Below the pieces are notes generated by a model. The model saw nothing but the letters and a program-made list of their open reading frames with translations, made no database searches and was not told the DNA's origin. DNA of 64,000 nucleotides from an uncultured Alphaproteobacteria bacterium (GTDB lineage Bacteria; Pseudomonadota; Alphaproteobacteria; Rhizobiales; Xanthobacteraceae): the NCBI GenBank assembly GCA_963753355.1, contig CAVWBV010000005.1:12735-76734 (forward strand). The letters run 5' to 3'. The position numbers and the translations under genes are program-made. Positions 56,016 to 64,000 of the stretch are shown piece by piece (position 1 is the first letter of the stretch; every line of letters begins with the position of its first letter).

Positions 56016-59000
56016 ATGCCGCTGCGCGACGTCAAACTCGACGACAAGTACGACCTCGGCCACAGCCAGATTTTCGTGACCGGGTTCCAGGCGCTGGTGC
56101 GGCTGTGTTTGATGCAAAAGGAGCTCGACCGGCGCAACGGCCTCAATACGGCAGGTTACGTGAGTGGCTATCGCGGCTCGCCGCTCGGCGGCCTGGACAG
56201 CCAGTTCCTCCGCGCCGCACCGTTTTTGGAAAAAAGCGACATCCGCTTTCAAGGCGGCATCAACGAGGACCTTGCCGCCACCGCCATATGGGGCACGCAG
56301 CAAGCCGAGCTGCGCGGCGAGGGGAAGTACGACGGCGTCTTTGCCATGTGGTACGGTAAGGGCCCGGGCGTCGATCGCACCGGCGACGTTTTCCGCCACG
56401 CCAATCTGGCCGGCACTGCCAAACGGGGCGGCGTGCTTGCGCTTATGGGCGACGATCATACCGCCGAATCTTCGACGACCGCGCATCAGTCAGAATATCA
56501 CTTCATCGATGTGATGATTCCGATCCTCAATCCGGCCGGCGTGCAGGAGGTCCTCGACTACGGCCTCTACGGCTGGGCGATGTCGCGTTTCACCGGCGCC
56601 TGGGTCGCGCTCAAGACGATGCACGAGACGATCGAATCGACCGCAGCGATCGATGCGAACCTCGATCGCATCAAAATTGTCACCCCGGCCGATTTCGTGA
56701 TGCCGGAGGGCGGTCTCAATATCCGGCTTAACGATCCCATTCTGGCGCAGGAAGCCCGCCTGCACGATTTCAAGCGCGATGCGATGCTCGCGTTCCTGCG
56801 CGCCAACAAAATCAATCACACCATCACATCAGGCGGCCGCGCGCCGAAAATCGGCATCATAACCACCGGCAAGAGCTATCTGGATGTCCGCCAGGCTCTC
56901 GACGAGCTTGGCATCGACGAAGTCAAGTGCAACGAGCTTGGCGTTCGGCTTTACAAGGTTGGATGCCCGTGGCCGATCAGCCGCCGCGAGCTTGCGGAGT
57001 TCGCCGAAGGTCTCGACCTCATCATCGTGGTCGAGGAGAAGCGCTCGCTCATCGAAGTGCAGGTCCGCGAAGAGTTGTACGGGAGCGCCAACCAGCCGGT
57101 GTGCATCGGCAAGCGGGATGAACAGGGCAACTGGCTGTTTCCGGTCAAGGGCGCGCTCGATTCCAATGACGTCGCGATCTGCATCGGCGAGCGGATTCTG
57201 AAATACCACCGCAATGATGAAATCGCTCAGCGCGTGGCGCGCTTGAAGGAATTCCAGCGCATCGCCGCCGAAACGCGCGATATCGCGCAGCGCATTCCTT
57301 ATTTCTGCTCGGGCTGCCCGCACAATTCATCGACCGTCGTGCCGGAAGGCATGCGCGCCTATGCCGGCATTGGCTGCCATTTCATGGCGCAATGGATGGA
57401 CCGCTCGACGCTCGGTTATACGCAAATGGGCGGCGAGGGCGCGAACTGGGTCGGCGAGGCCCCATTTTCCACGCGCGAGCATGTTTTTCAAAATCTCGGC
57501 GACGGTACCTATAACCACTCCGGCTACATGGCGATCCGGGCCGCCATCGCGGCGAAGACGAACATCACCTACAAAATTCTGTTCAACGACGCGGTTGCAA
57601 TGACCGGCGGCCAACGCAATGACGGCGGCCTCACCGTCCCGCAGGTCGCGCGACAGGTCGCCGCCGAGGGCGCCAAGCGCGTCGTGGTCGTCACCGACGA
57701 ACCCGACAAATACTCGCGCGACACCGAATGGCCGAGCGGACTTAGCATTCATCACCGCGACGATTTGATTGAGGTCCAGAAGCAGCTTGCAGCAATACCG
57801 GGCGTGACGGTTTTGATTTACGACCAAACCTGCGCCGCCGAAAAGCGCCGCCGTCGCAAGCGGCACACTTATCCCGACCCTGAAAAGCGCGTCATCATCA
57901 ACGAACTCGTTTGCGAGGGCTGCGGTGATTGCGGGGTGCAGTCGAACTGCGTCTCGGTGCAACCCCTCGAAACCGAGTGGGGCAGAAAACGGACCATCGA
58001 TCAGTCGAGTTGCAACAAAGACTTCTCCTGCATCAAGGGTTTCTGTCCGTCATTCGTCACCGTCCACGGCGCGAAACTCAAGAAGGGCGAAGGCGTCGCC
58101 GCAGATCATGATCTGCCGGCGCTGCCCGATCCGAAACTTCCGGCCATCGACCAGACGTACAACATTATTGTCACCGGCGTCGGCGGTACCGGCATTGTGA
58201 CCATCGGTGGCATATTGGGCATGGCCGGACACCTCGAGGGCCGCGGCGTCGGCGTGCTCGATATGGCCGGCTTGGCGCAGAAGGGTGGCGCGGTATTCAG
58301 CTACATTCGTTTTGCTGCCCGCCCGGACGATATTCACGCCATCCGCGTTGCCGCCGGCCGCGCCGATCTTGTGCTGGGAGGCGACATCGTAGTGGCCGGC
58401 ACGCGCAAAATCCTAGCATCGGTCAAACACGGCACCACCGTCATGGTGGTCAATACTTCGGAGTTCCTGCCGGGTGAATTCACCCGCAACGCGGATTTTT
58501 CGCTGCCAAGCGAGCGGCTCAAACGCGCCATCTCCAACGACGCCGGTCGCGAGAATACGCATTTTATCGATGCCACGAGATTGGCGACCGCTTTGTTCGG
58601 CCAATCCGTTGGTGCCAACATGTTCCTCGTCGGTTACGCCTATCAGTTGGGAGCGCTGCCGTTATCGGCTGGTGCGATCGAGCGCGCCATTGAGCTCAAT
58701 GGTGAGGCGATCGTGATGAACAAGGCCGCCTTTCATTGGGGACGCCGCGCTGCAATCGACCGCGATCAGGTCGAGGCATTGGCAAAGCCCGCGGCCGAGG
58801 TTACGAGCGACGCCGGGCATCTCTCCGAGTCTTTCGCCGAGACGGTTGAGCGGCGAGTAAAATTTCTCACCGATTATCAAGATGCGGCTTACGCAGGGCG
58901 CTATCGGACATGGGTCGAAAAGGCCAAGGCCGCCGAGGCGGAGCGGGCGCCGGGCAAGTACGGGTTGGCGGATGCCGTCGCGCGTTATTTGTTCAAGCTG

Positions 59001-59495
59001 ATGGCCTACAAGGACGAGTATGAAGTCGCGCGGCTTTACACCGATGGCGCGTTCCTCGATCAGGTCGCGACAACGTTTGCCGGCGAAAACCTGCGCTTCG
59101 AATTTCATCTTGCTCCACCGCTGTTGGCGCGCCGCAACAAGACAACGGGTCTGCCGCGGAAAATGAGTTTCGGGCCGTGGCTCCTGGCGGCATTTCGTCT
59201 ATTGGCGAAACTCAAGTTCCTCCGCGGGACGGCTTTCGATCCGTTTGGCCGATCGCTTGAGCGCCGCAGCGAGCGTGGGCTGATCGCCGACTATGAAGCT
59301 ATGCTCGACAACGTGCTGCCCTCGCTCACGACGGAAAATCACCATCTCGCTGTCGGGCTTGCCGCCATTCCGGAAAAAATACGAGGCTTCGGTCACGTCA
59401 AGCAGCGACATCTGGCCGCCGCCAAGGCCGATGAAGCGGCATTACTTGAACAGTATGCAACCGGTTCGCCGTCGCTGCTCAAAGCAGCCGAGTAG
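56016..59495 (+). CDS. indolepyruvate ferredoxin oxidoreductase-family protein (fused alpha/beta, ~1160 aa)
   Basis: N-terminus LDDKY...FVTGFQALVRL...GLNTAGYVSGYRGSPLGG, the Cys cluster CEGCGDCGVQSNC, and a length typical of fused IOR-family enzymes. Confidence 0.88.
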   Translation: MPLRDVKLDDKYDLGHSQIFVTGFQALVRLCLMQKELDRRNGLNTAGYVSGYRGSPLGGLDSQFLRAAPFLEKSDIRFQGGINEDLAATAIWGTQQAELRGEGKYDGVFAMWYGKGPGVDRTGDVFRHANLAGTAKRGGVLALMGDDHTAESSTTAHQSEYHFIDVMIPILNPAGVQEVLDYGLYGWAMSRFTGAWVALKTMHETIESTAAIDANLDRIKIVTPADFVMPEGGLNIRLNDPILAQEARLHDFKRDAMLAFLRANKINHTITSGGRAPKIGIITTGKSYLDVRQALDELGIDEVKCNELGVRLYKVGCPWPISRRELAEFAEGLDLIIVVEEKRSLIEVQVREELYGSANQPVCIGKRDEQGNWLFPVKGALDSNDVAICIGERILKYHRNDEIAQRVARLKEFQRIAAETRDIAQRIPYFCSGCPHNSSTVVPEGMRAYAGIGCHFMAQWMDRSTLGYTQMGGEGANWVGEAPFSTREHVFQNLGDGTYNHSGYMAIRAAIAAKTNITYKILFNDAVAMTGGQRNDGGLTVPQVARQVAAEGAKRVVVVTDEPDKYSRDTEWPSGLSIHHRDDLIEVQKQLAAIPGVTVLIYDQTCAAEKRRRRKRHTYPDPEKRVIINELVCEGCGDCGVQSNCVSVQPLETEWGRKRTIDQSSCNKDFSCIKGFCPSFVTVHGAKLKKGEGVAADHDLPALPDPKLPAIDQTYNIIVTGVGGTGIVTIGGILGMAGHLEGRGVGVLDMAGLAQKGGAVFSYIRFAARPDDIHAIRVAAGRADLVLGGDIVVAGTRKILASVKHGTTVMVVNTSEFLPGEFTRNADFSLPSERLKRAISNDAGRENTHFIDATRLATALFGQSVGANMFLVGYAYQLGALPLSAGAIERAIELNGEAIVMNKAAFHWGRRAAIDRDQVEALAKPAAEVTSDAGHLSESFAETVERRVKFLTDYQDAAYAGRYRTWVEKAKAAEAERAPGKYGLADAVARYLFKLMAYKDEYEVARLYTDGAFLDQVATTFAGENLRFEFHLAPPLLARRNKTTGLPRKMSFGPWLLAAFRLLAKLKFLRGTAFDPFGRSLERRSERGLIADYEAMLDNVLPSLTTENHHLAVGLAAIPEKIRGFGHVKQRHLAAAKADEAALLEQYATGSPSLLKAAE

Positions 59496-59658
59496 CGGCC
59501 GCAAGACGACACCCGGAAGGCGGCGGAAATTCCAAAGGCTGATTGCCGCCTGACATCAATGCGCCTTGTTTAGAAGCGTTTTCTGGCGGGGGGCGGGGCG
59601 TGCATGCTAGGATTGCGGTCGTTCGCCGCTCGGTCGCATTGTTCAAGTGCTAAGTGCC

Positions 59659-60795
59659 ATGCCGGACTATCCAGACGTTTCGGATGACCCCGCCGACGAG
59701 CTCGCTCCGTCGGTTTTGCCGCGCGAAACCGAACCGCCACCGCTAGCGCCGGCGCTCGGCGAAGGGCCGGAGGCGGTGCCGGTCGCGGGCGAGGCCGCGC
59801 CGGGCGCAGCGCAGATCGGCGTTCTTCTGGTCAATCTCGGTACGCCTGACGCCGCCAATGCCGCGGCAGTGCGGCGCTATCTCAAGGAATTCCTCACCGA
59901 TCCGCGCGTGATCGAAAAGAATTCGCTGCTTTGGAGGATAGCCCTCAACGGCGTCATTCTGCCGTTCCGCTCGCGGCGCAAAGTGCGCGACTATCGAAAA
60001 ATCTGGAACCGGGAACGGGACGAATCTCCGATCAAGACCATCACCCGCTCGCAGGCCGAGCAGCTCGCGAACCTGCTCAAGCCATTGGGCAAGCACATTG
60101 TCGTTGACTGGGCGATGCGCTACGCCGCGCCGTCGATTGCATCGCGTCTCGCGGCATTTGTCGAACGCGGCTGCGACCGCATTTTGGTCATGCCGCTCTA
60201 TCCGCAATACGCGGCGCCGACGACGGCGACCGTAGGCGACGAGGTCTTTCGTTTTTTGATGACGCAGCGCCGGCAGCCGGCGTTGCGTATGATGCCGGCC
60301 TACTATGACGATCTGGACTACATCGGTGCGCTCGCGTCCTCGCTGGAAACGGGACTTGCGGCACTTCCTTTCAAGCCTGACGTGATTGTTGCGTCCTATC
60401 ACGGCATGCCGCTGGAATATGTGCGGAAGGGCGACCCCTACCAGATCCAATGTGAAGCGACGACGGACCTGCTGCGCCGCCACCTCAAGCTCGACGACCA
60501 AAGCTTGATCTTGACCTATCAGTCGCGTTTCGGCCGCGCCAAATGGCTGGAGCCATCTACGATTCGGACGGTCAAGAAGCTTGCGAAGAACGGGGTCAAG
60601 AACCTCGTGGTGATCACGCCCGGCTTTTCCGCCGATTGTCTGGAGACGCTGGAGGAGATTGCCGTCGAGAACGCCCGTGTGTTCAAGCGCAACGGTGGCG
60701 AAAAATTCGCCGCCATCCCCTGCCTCAACGACAGCCAACCGGGAATGTTAATGATCGCCCGGCTTGCGGTGCGCGAACTCAAGGGCTGGATCTAA
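59659..60795 (+). CDS. hemH: ferrochelatase; start uncertain (ATG 59659 gives a ~50-aa acidic Pro-rich extension; GTG 59776 gives the usual length)
   Basis: GVLLVNLGTPD, YLKEFLTDPRVIE and MRYAAPSI motifs, with a Cys-rich C-terminal region absent. Confidence 0.9.
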   Translation: MPDYPDVSDDPADELAPSVLPRETEPPPLAPALGEGPEAVPVAGEAAPGAAQIGVLLVNLGTPDAANAAAVRRYLKEFLTDPRVIEKNSLLWRIALNGVILPFRSRRKVRDYRKIWNRERDESPIKTITRSQAEQLANLLKPLGKHIVVDWAMRYAAPSIASRLAAFVERGCDRILVMPLYPQYAAPTTATVGDEVFRFLMTQRRQPALRMMPAYYDDLDYIGALASSLETGLAALPFKPDVIVASYHGMPLEYVRKGDPYQIQCEATTDLLRRHLKLDDQSLILTYQSRFGRAKWLEPSTIRTVKKLAKNGVKNLVVITPGFSADCLETLEEIAVENARVFKRNGGEKFAAIPCLNDSQPGMLMIARLAVRELKGWI

Positions 60796-61008
60796 GTCCC
60801 CGCCCCGGGGCGTAAAAACCGCGGCCGCTGTTAAGTTTAGGGCGTGTTCGATCGCTCGGGACGGCGACCTCGCCGGGCGCCAATCAACCACTCGTTAACT
60901 ATATCCGTTCTACTTCCGTTAACCATCGGGACGCTCGTTCGCGGCCCGCGCCGGCCGTCACGGGGCGACCGACCGGACGTACGTCGCGGCTTTGCTCCCT
61001 GACGGTGG

Positions 61009-62922
61009 TTGGCTTTGGCAGTTTCCGAGGTGACGCGGACGGCGAAAACGGCGCGCACTTTGGCGGCGCGCTCGGCGGCGGGCGTTACCGTCGGCGCATT
61101 GGCCGCTGCGCTCGGGCTATTTATTCCTACTCACGTTCTGGCGCAGGCTCAGGCGCAAACACAGACGCAGACGCCCGTTTTATCGGGCGATCTTTTACAG
61201 CCTTCGCTTCAGGGAAATCCTGCGACACCGCCGCGCTTCCGGCGGCCTGGGCAAGGGACAAATCCGCTTGGGAACGAGGCGCCGCCGGTCGGGACTTTCG
61301 CCGCGTCGTCTATGATCGGCACCATGCCGGTCTACGGAAGTCCCAATGGATTTGGCGCTGGCAACACCGGTTTTGATTCTACGAACATATTGCGGCGCAA
61401 TAGACGCGCGCGGCCGGCCACACGAAGCGCGCCGACGACCAACGAAACTTTCACGCCGGCTCCCTCGGCAGCAGGTGTGCGCCCCCCGCTTACCATCGCG
61501 CTGCCGCCACCGCCGGTGATTTACCCCAAGCAGGCCGCCGGACGCGTGGGGGCAACATTGCCGGAGCCGCCGCTCGAGACGCCGCTGAGTAATCCGCCGG
61601 GAGAAATCCATCCGCTGACGGCGGCGTTGCGCAATGGTGCGGACCTCCCACTACCGCCGGCGGAACGCTTCGATTACACCGCCAGCACGCCGCCACCGAC
61701 ATTGCCGCCGATCAATACGTTCCCGCTCGGCGTATTGCCGCAGCGGCAACTTCCCATCGCCGGCGGAGATCCCTGGGCGCCGCTCGGCGTTCGAGCTGGT
61801 TCGTTTCTGCTTTTGCCTTCGGTCGACTTGTCCGCTGGCTACAACACTAGTCCTGAACGCTCGTTCGGCACCCCGCCGTCGGCGTATTTCGTCGCGGCGC
61901 CGGAATTACAAGTCGCCTCGGATTGGGAGCGCCATTCGCTCACCGCCGACATCGCCGGCTCGTACACGTGGTATGGCTCCGACGCTCTCATTCCTTCGCT
62001 CAATGCGCCCTATCTCAATTCTAAAATCGACGGCCGCGTCGATGTTTCGCGCGATACGCAAATCCTGCTCGAAAACCGGGTCATCATCTCGACCGACAAT
62101 CCCGGCAGCCCGAACCTGCAGACCAGCCCGAACGTGCAACTCGCGCAACTGCCGCCGAACCAGGACGTTGGCGAAACACTCGGCCTCGTCCAAAATTTCA
62201 ATCGCCTCACGGTGACGCTCAAGGGCACCTTCGATCGCGCGACGTACAACCAGTCGCTGCTTACCGACGGCACCACGTCGAGCAACGACGATCGCAACTT
62301 CGATCAATATGGCGGCAGTTTGCGCGTCGGCTACGAGATCGATCCAGGTTTGAAACCGTTCATAGAGGTAGCGGCAGACGCGCGCATTCATGACGAACAA
62401 TACGATCGCAACGACCTGGAGCGCGATTCAGTGGGCGCCAGCGTGAGGGTTGGCAGTGCGGTTAATCTGTTCGGCTCGCTCACCGGCGAGATGGCAGTCG
62501 GTTATCTGCAACGCGACTATCAGGATCCGACGCTGCCGAATGTCGGCGGCGTCATCGGCGACGGCTCGCTGATTTGGCAGGCAACGCCGCTGACCACCGC
62601 TAAACTCACCGCCACGTCACAAGTCTACGAGACCGTGGTCGATGGCGCTTCCGGGGAGTTCAGCCGCGACATCGCCTTGCAAGTCGATCACGCCTTTCTG
62701 ACCTGGCTGATCGGAACCTGGAAAGCCGGCTACGGTAACGACAACTATGTCGGCTCGGGCCTGACCGACAATCGCTATTTCACCTCGGTCGGCGTCACCT
62801 ACAAATTTAACCGCGAGTGGCAGATCAGGACCGAGTTGCGCGAGGACTGGCAGACCGCCTCCCAGCCGGGTTTCGCTTACACGGGCACGACGGTGCTCTT
62901 CGGAGTGCGCGCACAACGCTAG
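61009..62922 (+). CDS. outer-membrane beta-barrel protein with a Pro-rich N-terminal region (BBP2/DUF-type)
   Basis: Signal peptide (...IPTHVLAQA), a long Pro-rich linker, then alternating-hydrophobicity beta strands ending TVLFGVRAQR. Confidence 0.7.
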   Translation: MALAVSEVTRTAKTARTLAARSAAGVTVGALAAALGLFIPTHVLAQAQAQTQTQTPVLSGDLLQPSLQGNPATPPRFRRPGQGTNPLGNEAPPVGTFAASSMIGTMPVYGSPNGFGAGNTGFDSTNILRRNRRARPATRSAPTTNETFTPAPSAAGVRPPLTIALPPPPVIYPKQAAGRVGATLPEPPLETPLSNPPGEIHPLTAALRNGADLPLPPAERFDYTASTPPPTLPPINTFPLGVLPQRQLPIAGGDPWAPLGVRAGSFLLLPSVDLSAGYNTSPERSFGTPPSAYFVAAPELQVASDWERHSLTADIAGSYTWYGSDALIPSLNAPYLNSKIDGRVDVSRDTQILLENRVIISTDNPGSPNLQTSPNVQLAQLPPNQDVGETLGLVQNFNRLTVTLKGTFDRATYNQSLLTDGTTSSNDDRNFDQYGGSLRVGYEIDPGLKPFIEVAADARIHDEQYDRNDLERDSVGASVRVGSAVNLFGSLTGEMAVGYLQRDYQDPTLPNVGGVIGDGSLIWQATPLTTAKLTATSQVYETVVDGASGEFSRDIALQVDHAFLTWLIGTWKAGYGNDNYVGSGLTDNRYFTSVGVTYKFNREWQIRTELREDWQTASQPGFAYTGTTVLFGVRAQR

Positions 62923-62929
62923 CGTTGCC

Positions 62930-62956
62930 CTGCCTTGGGACAAAAATGCAAGGCAG
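62930..62956. terminator. hairpin between convergent genes (CTGCCTTG-11 nt-CAAGGCAG); weak bidirectional terminator candidate
   Basis: Perfect 8-bp stem, read directly. A/T tracts flank it but there is no clean 3' U-run on either strand. Confidence 0.3.
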
Positions 62957-62975
62957 CTCAAAGCAAAAAGAACTG

Positions 62976-63866
62976 CTAGCCGCCGTTGAGTTCGGTCATG
63001 ATTTTCTTGATCTCGTCGCGAAAACCTGGAGCGATGTCAGGCCTCGCCAGCGCGTAGGAGACGTTGGCAGCAAGAAATCCGATTTTTGAGCCACAGTCGA
63101 AACTGCGGCCGGCGAATTTGAGGCCGTAGAAAGGTTGTGTGCGTGACAGCTCGATCATTGCATCGGTGAGTTGAATTTCACCGCCGGCCCCACGATCCTG
63201 CTTCTCGAGGAAGTCGAGAATTTCGGGCTGCAGAATATAACGGCCGGTGAGAATCAGATTGGAAGGCGCGCGCTCGCGCGGCGGCTTTTCGACCATGCTG
63301 GTGATCGAGAACACTTTTCCCTTCTGCGAGCCGACGCCAACGACACCGTATTGATCGACGCGATCGTAAGGGACCTCCTCCACAGCAACGATATTGGCGC
63401 GGTCGCCGTTTTCACGAGCGGCTTCGATCATCTGCGCGAGGCATCCAGGCTGGTGCTGCACGAGCACGTCTGGCAGCAGTAGGGCAAACGGCTCGCGGCC
63501 GATCAATTCGCGGGCGCACCAGACGGCGTGACCGAGCCCTAGCGGCTCCTGTTGGCGGGTAAAGCTGGTCGTGCCCGGGTCCGGCAATTCCCGCCGCAAT
63601 CCGTCGAGGGCTTTCTGCTTCTGGCGCTCGAGCAGCGTCATCTCCAGTTCAAATTGCCGATCGAAATGATCCTCGATAACTCCTTTGTTCCGCCCGGTGA
63701 CGAATATGAAATGCTCGATGCCGGCCTCGCGCGCCTCGTCGACGACATGCTGGATCAGCGGCCGGTCAACCACCGGCAACATTTCCTTCGGCATGGCCTT
63801 TGTGGCGGGTAGGAACCGGGTTCCAAGCCCGGCGACGGGAAAGACGGCTTTGCGAACGATCTTCAT
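62976..63866 (-). CDS. galU: UTP--glucose-1-phosphate uridylyltransferase
   Basis: N-terminus MKIVRKAVFPVAGLGTRFLPATKAMPKEMLPVVDRPLIQ is the GalU signature. ATG 63866 is preferred over the longer ORF-track start. Confidence 0.92.
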   Translation of the reverse strand: MKIVRKAVFPVAGLGTRFLPATKAMPKEMLPVVDRPLIQHVVDEAREAGIEHFIFVTGRNKGVIEDHFDRQFELEMTLLERQKQKALDGLRRELPDPGTTSFTRQQEPLGLGHAVWCARELIGREPFALLLPDVLVQHQPGCLAQMIEAARENGDRANIVAVEEVPYDRVDQYGVVGVGSQKGKVFSITSMVEKPPRERAPSNLILTGRYILQPEILDFLEKQDRGAGGEIQLTDAMIELSRTQPFYGLKFAGRSFDCGSKIGFLAANVSYALARPDIAPGFRDEIKKIMTELNGG

Positions 63867-64000
63867 GGGCGCCAGGACAGGACAGCTCGAACGTTTTGTT
63901 GCCAAATTCTGTGGTCAAGTGAAGGTAGAAAACGGGCAGGGGCTGAAATTACCCGGCGGGGCGTTGCCGTTCAATGAACGAAGACGAAACCTGCGCCACA

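Noticed and set aside
59743-60738. 331-aa minus-strand ORF
   Set aside because: Antisense to hemH. Arg-rich, with no motifs.
61135-61175. Low-complexity gcgcaggctcaggcgcaaacacagacgcagacg
   Set aside because: It encodes an AQAQAQTQTQT linker just after the signal peptide of the outer-membrane protein. It is not an independent repeat element.

Overview
GC-rich chromosomal segment, most likely from an alphaproteobacterium. This is a guess from how closely Frc, DctP, nitrile hydratase and the COG0523/ZnuABC proteins resemble Bradyrhizobium/Rhizobiales-type sequences I recall; no search was run. I can support about 60 protein genes, one initiator tRNA-fMet and a few regulatory or terminator candidates. 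I saw no transposase, integrase, phage gene, CRISPR array, rRNA or recognisable defence system, so this reads as metabolic or weakly accessory chromosome rather than an island.

Main blocks, left to right:
- zwf (C-terminus off the window edge)
- a GST / GFA-like / Rieske-FAD / cupin gene string
- dusB, an orphan Flp-like pilin, a CHAD protein and tRNA-fMet
- O-methyltransferase / siderophore-interacting protein / MFS / serine hydrolase / ABC exporter
- GT4 and an amylo-alpha-1,6-glucosidase-type enzyme
- an oxalate locus: frameshifted oxlT-like antiporter, GntR regulator, oxc, frc, a formyltransferase-like gene and fhs
- dcp-ggt
- an ornithine/lysine decarboxylase behind a ~480-nt structured leader
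- a zinc block: COG0523 GTPase, WD40, znuACB
- a PfkB kinase and dctPQM
- a cobalt-type nitrile hydratase operon
- YeeE/YedE halves
- a DszC/ACAD-like monooxygenase, another GST, a class III cyclase, a large IOR-family oxidoreductase, hemH, an outer-membrane barrel and galU

Most interesting observations:
1. The oxc-frc-(ALDH1L1-type formyltransferase/hydrolase domain)-fhs arrangement, whose last two genes share an ATGA overlap.
2. frc has lost its canonical start codon and carries a 45-70 aa Lys/Ala-rich basic N-terminal tail.
3. The decarboxylase leader contains a perfect 9-nt anti-SD sequence.
4. Reading-frame anomalies are unusually dense: four single-extra-base frameshifts, plus three genes whose conserved N-termini lack any ATG/GTG/TTG. 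This means either indel errors in the assembly or ongoing gene decay.

I did not find a convincing wholly new multi-gene system. The candidates are reported with moderate interest scores.
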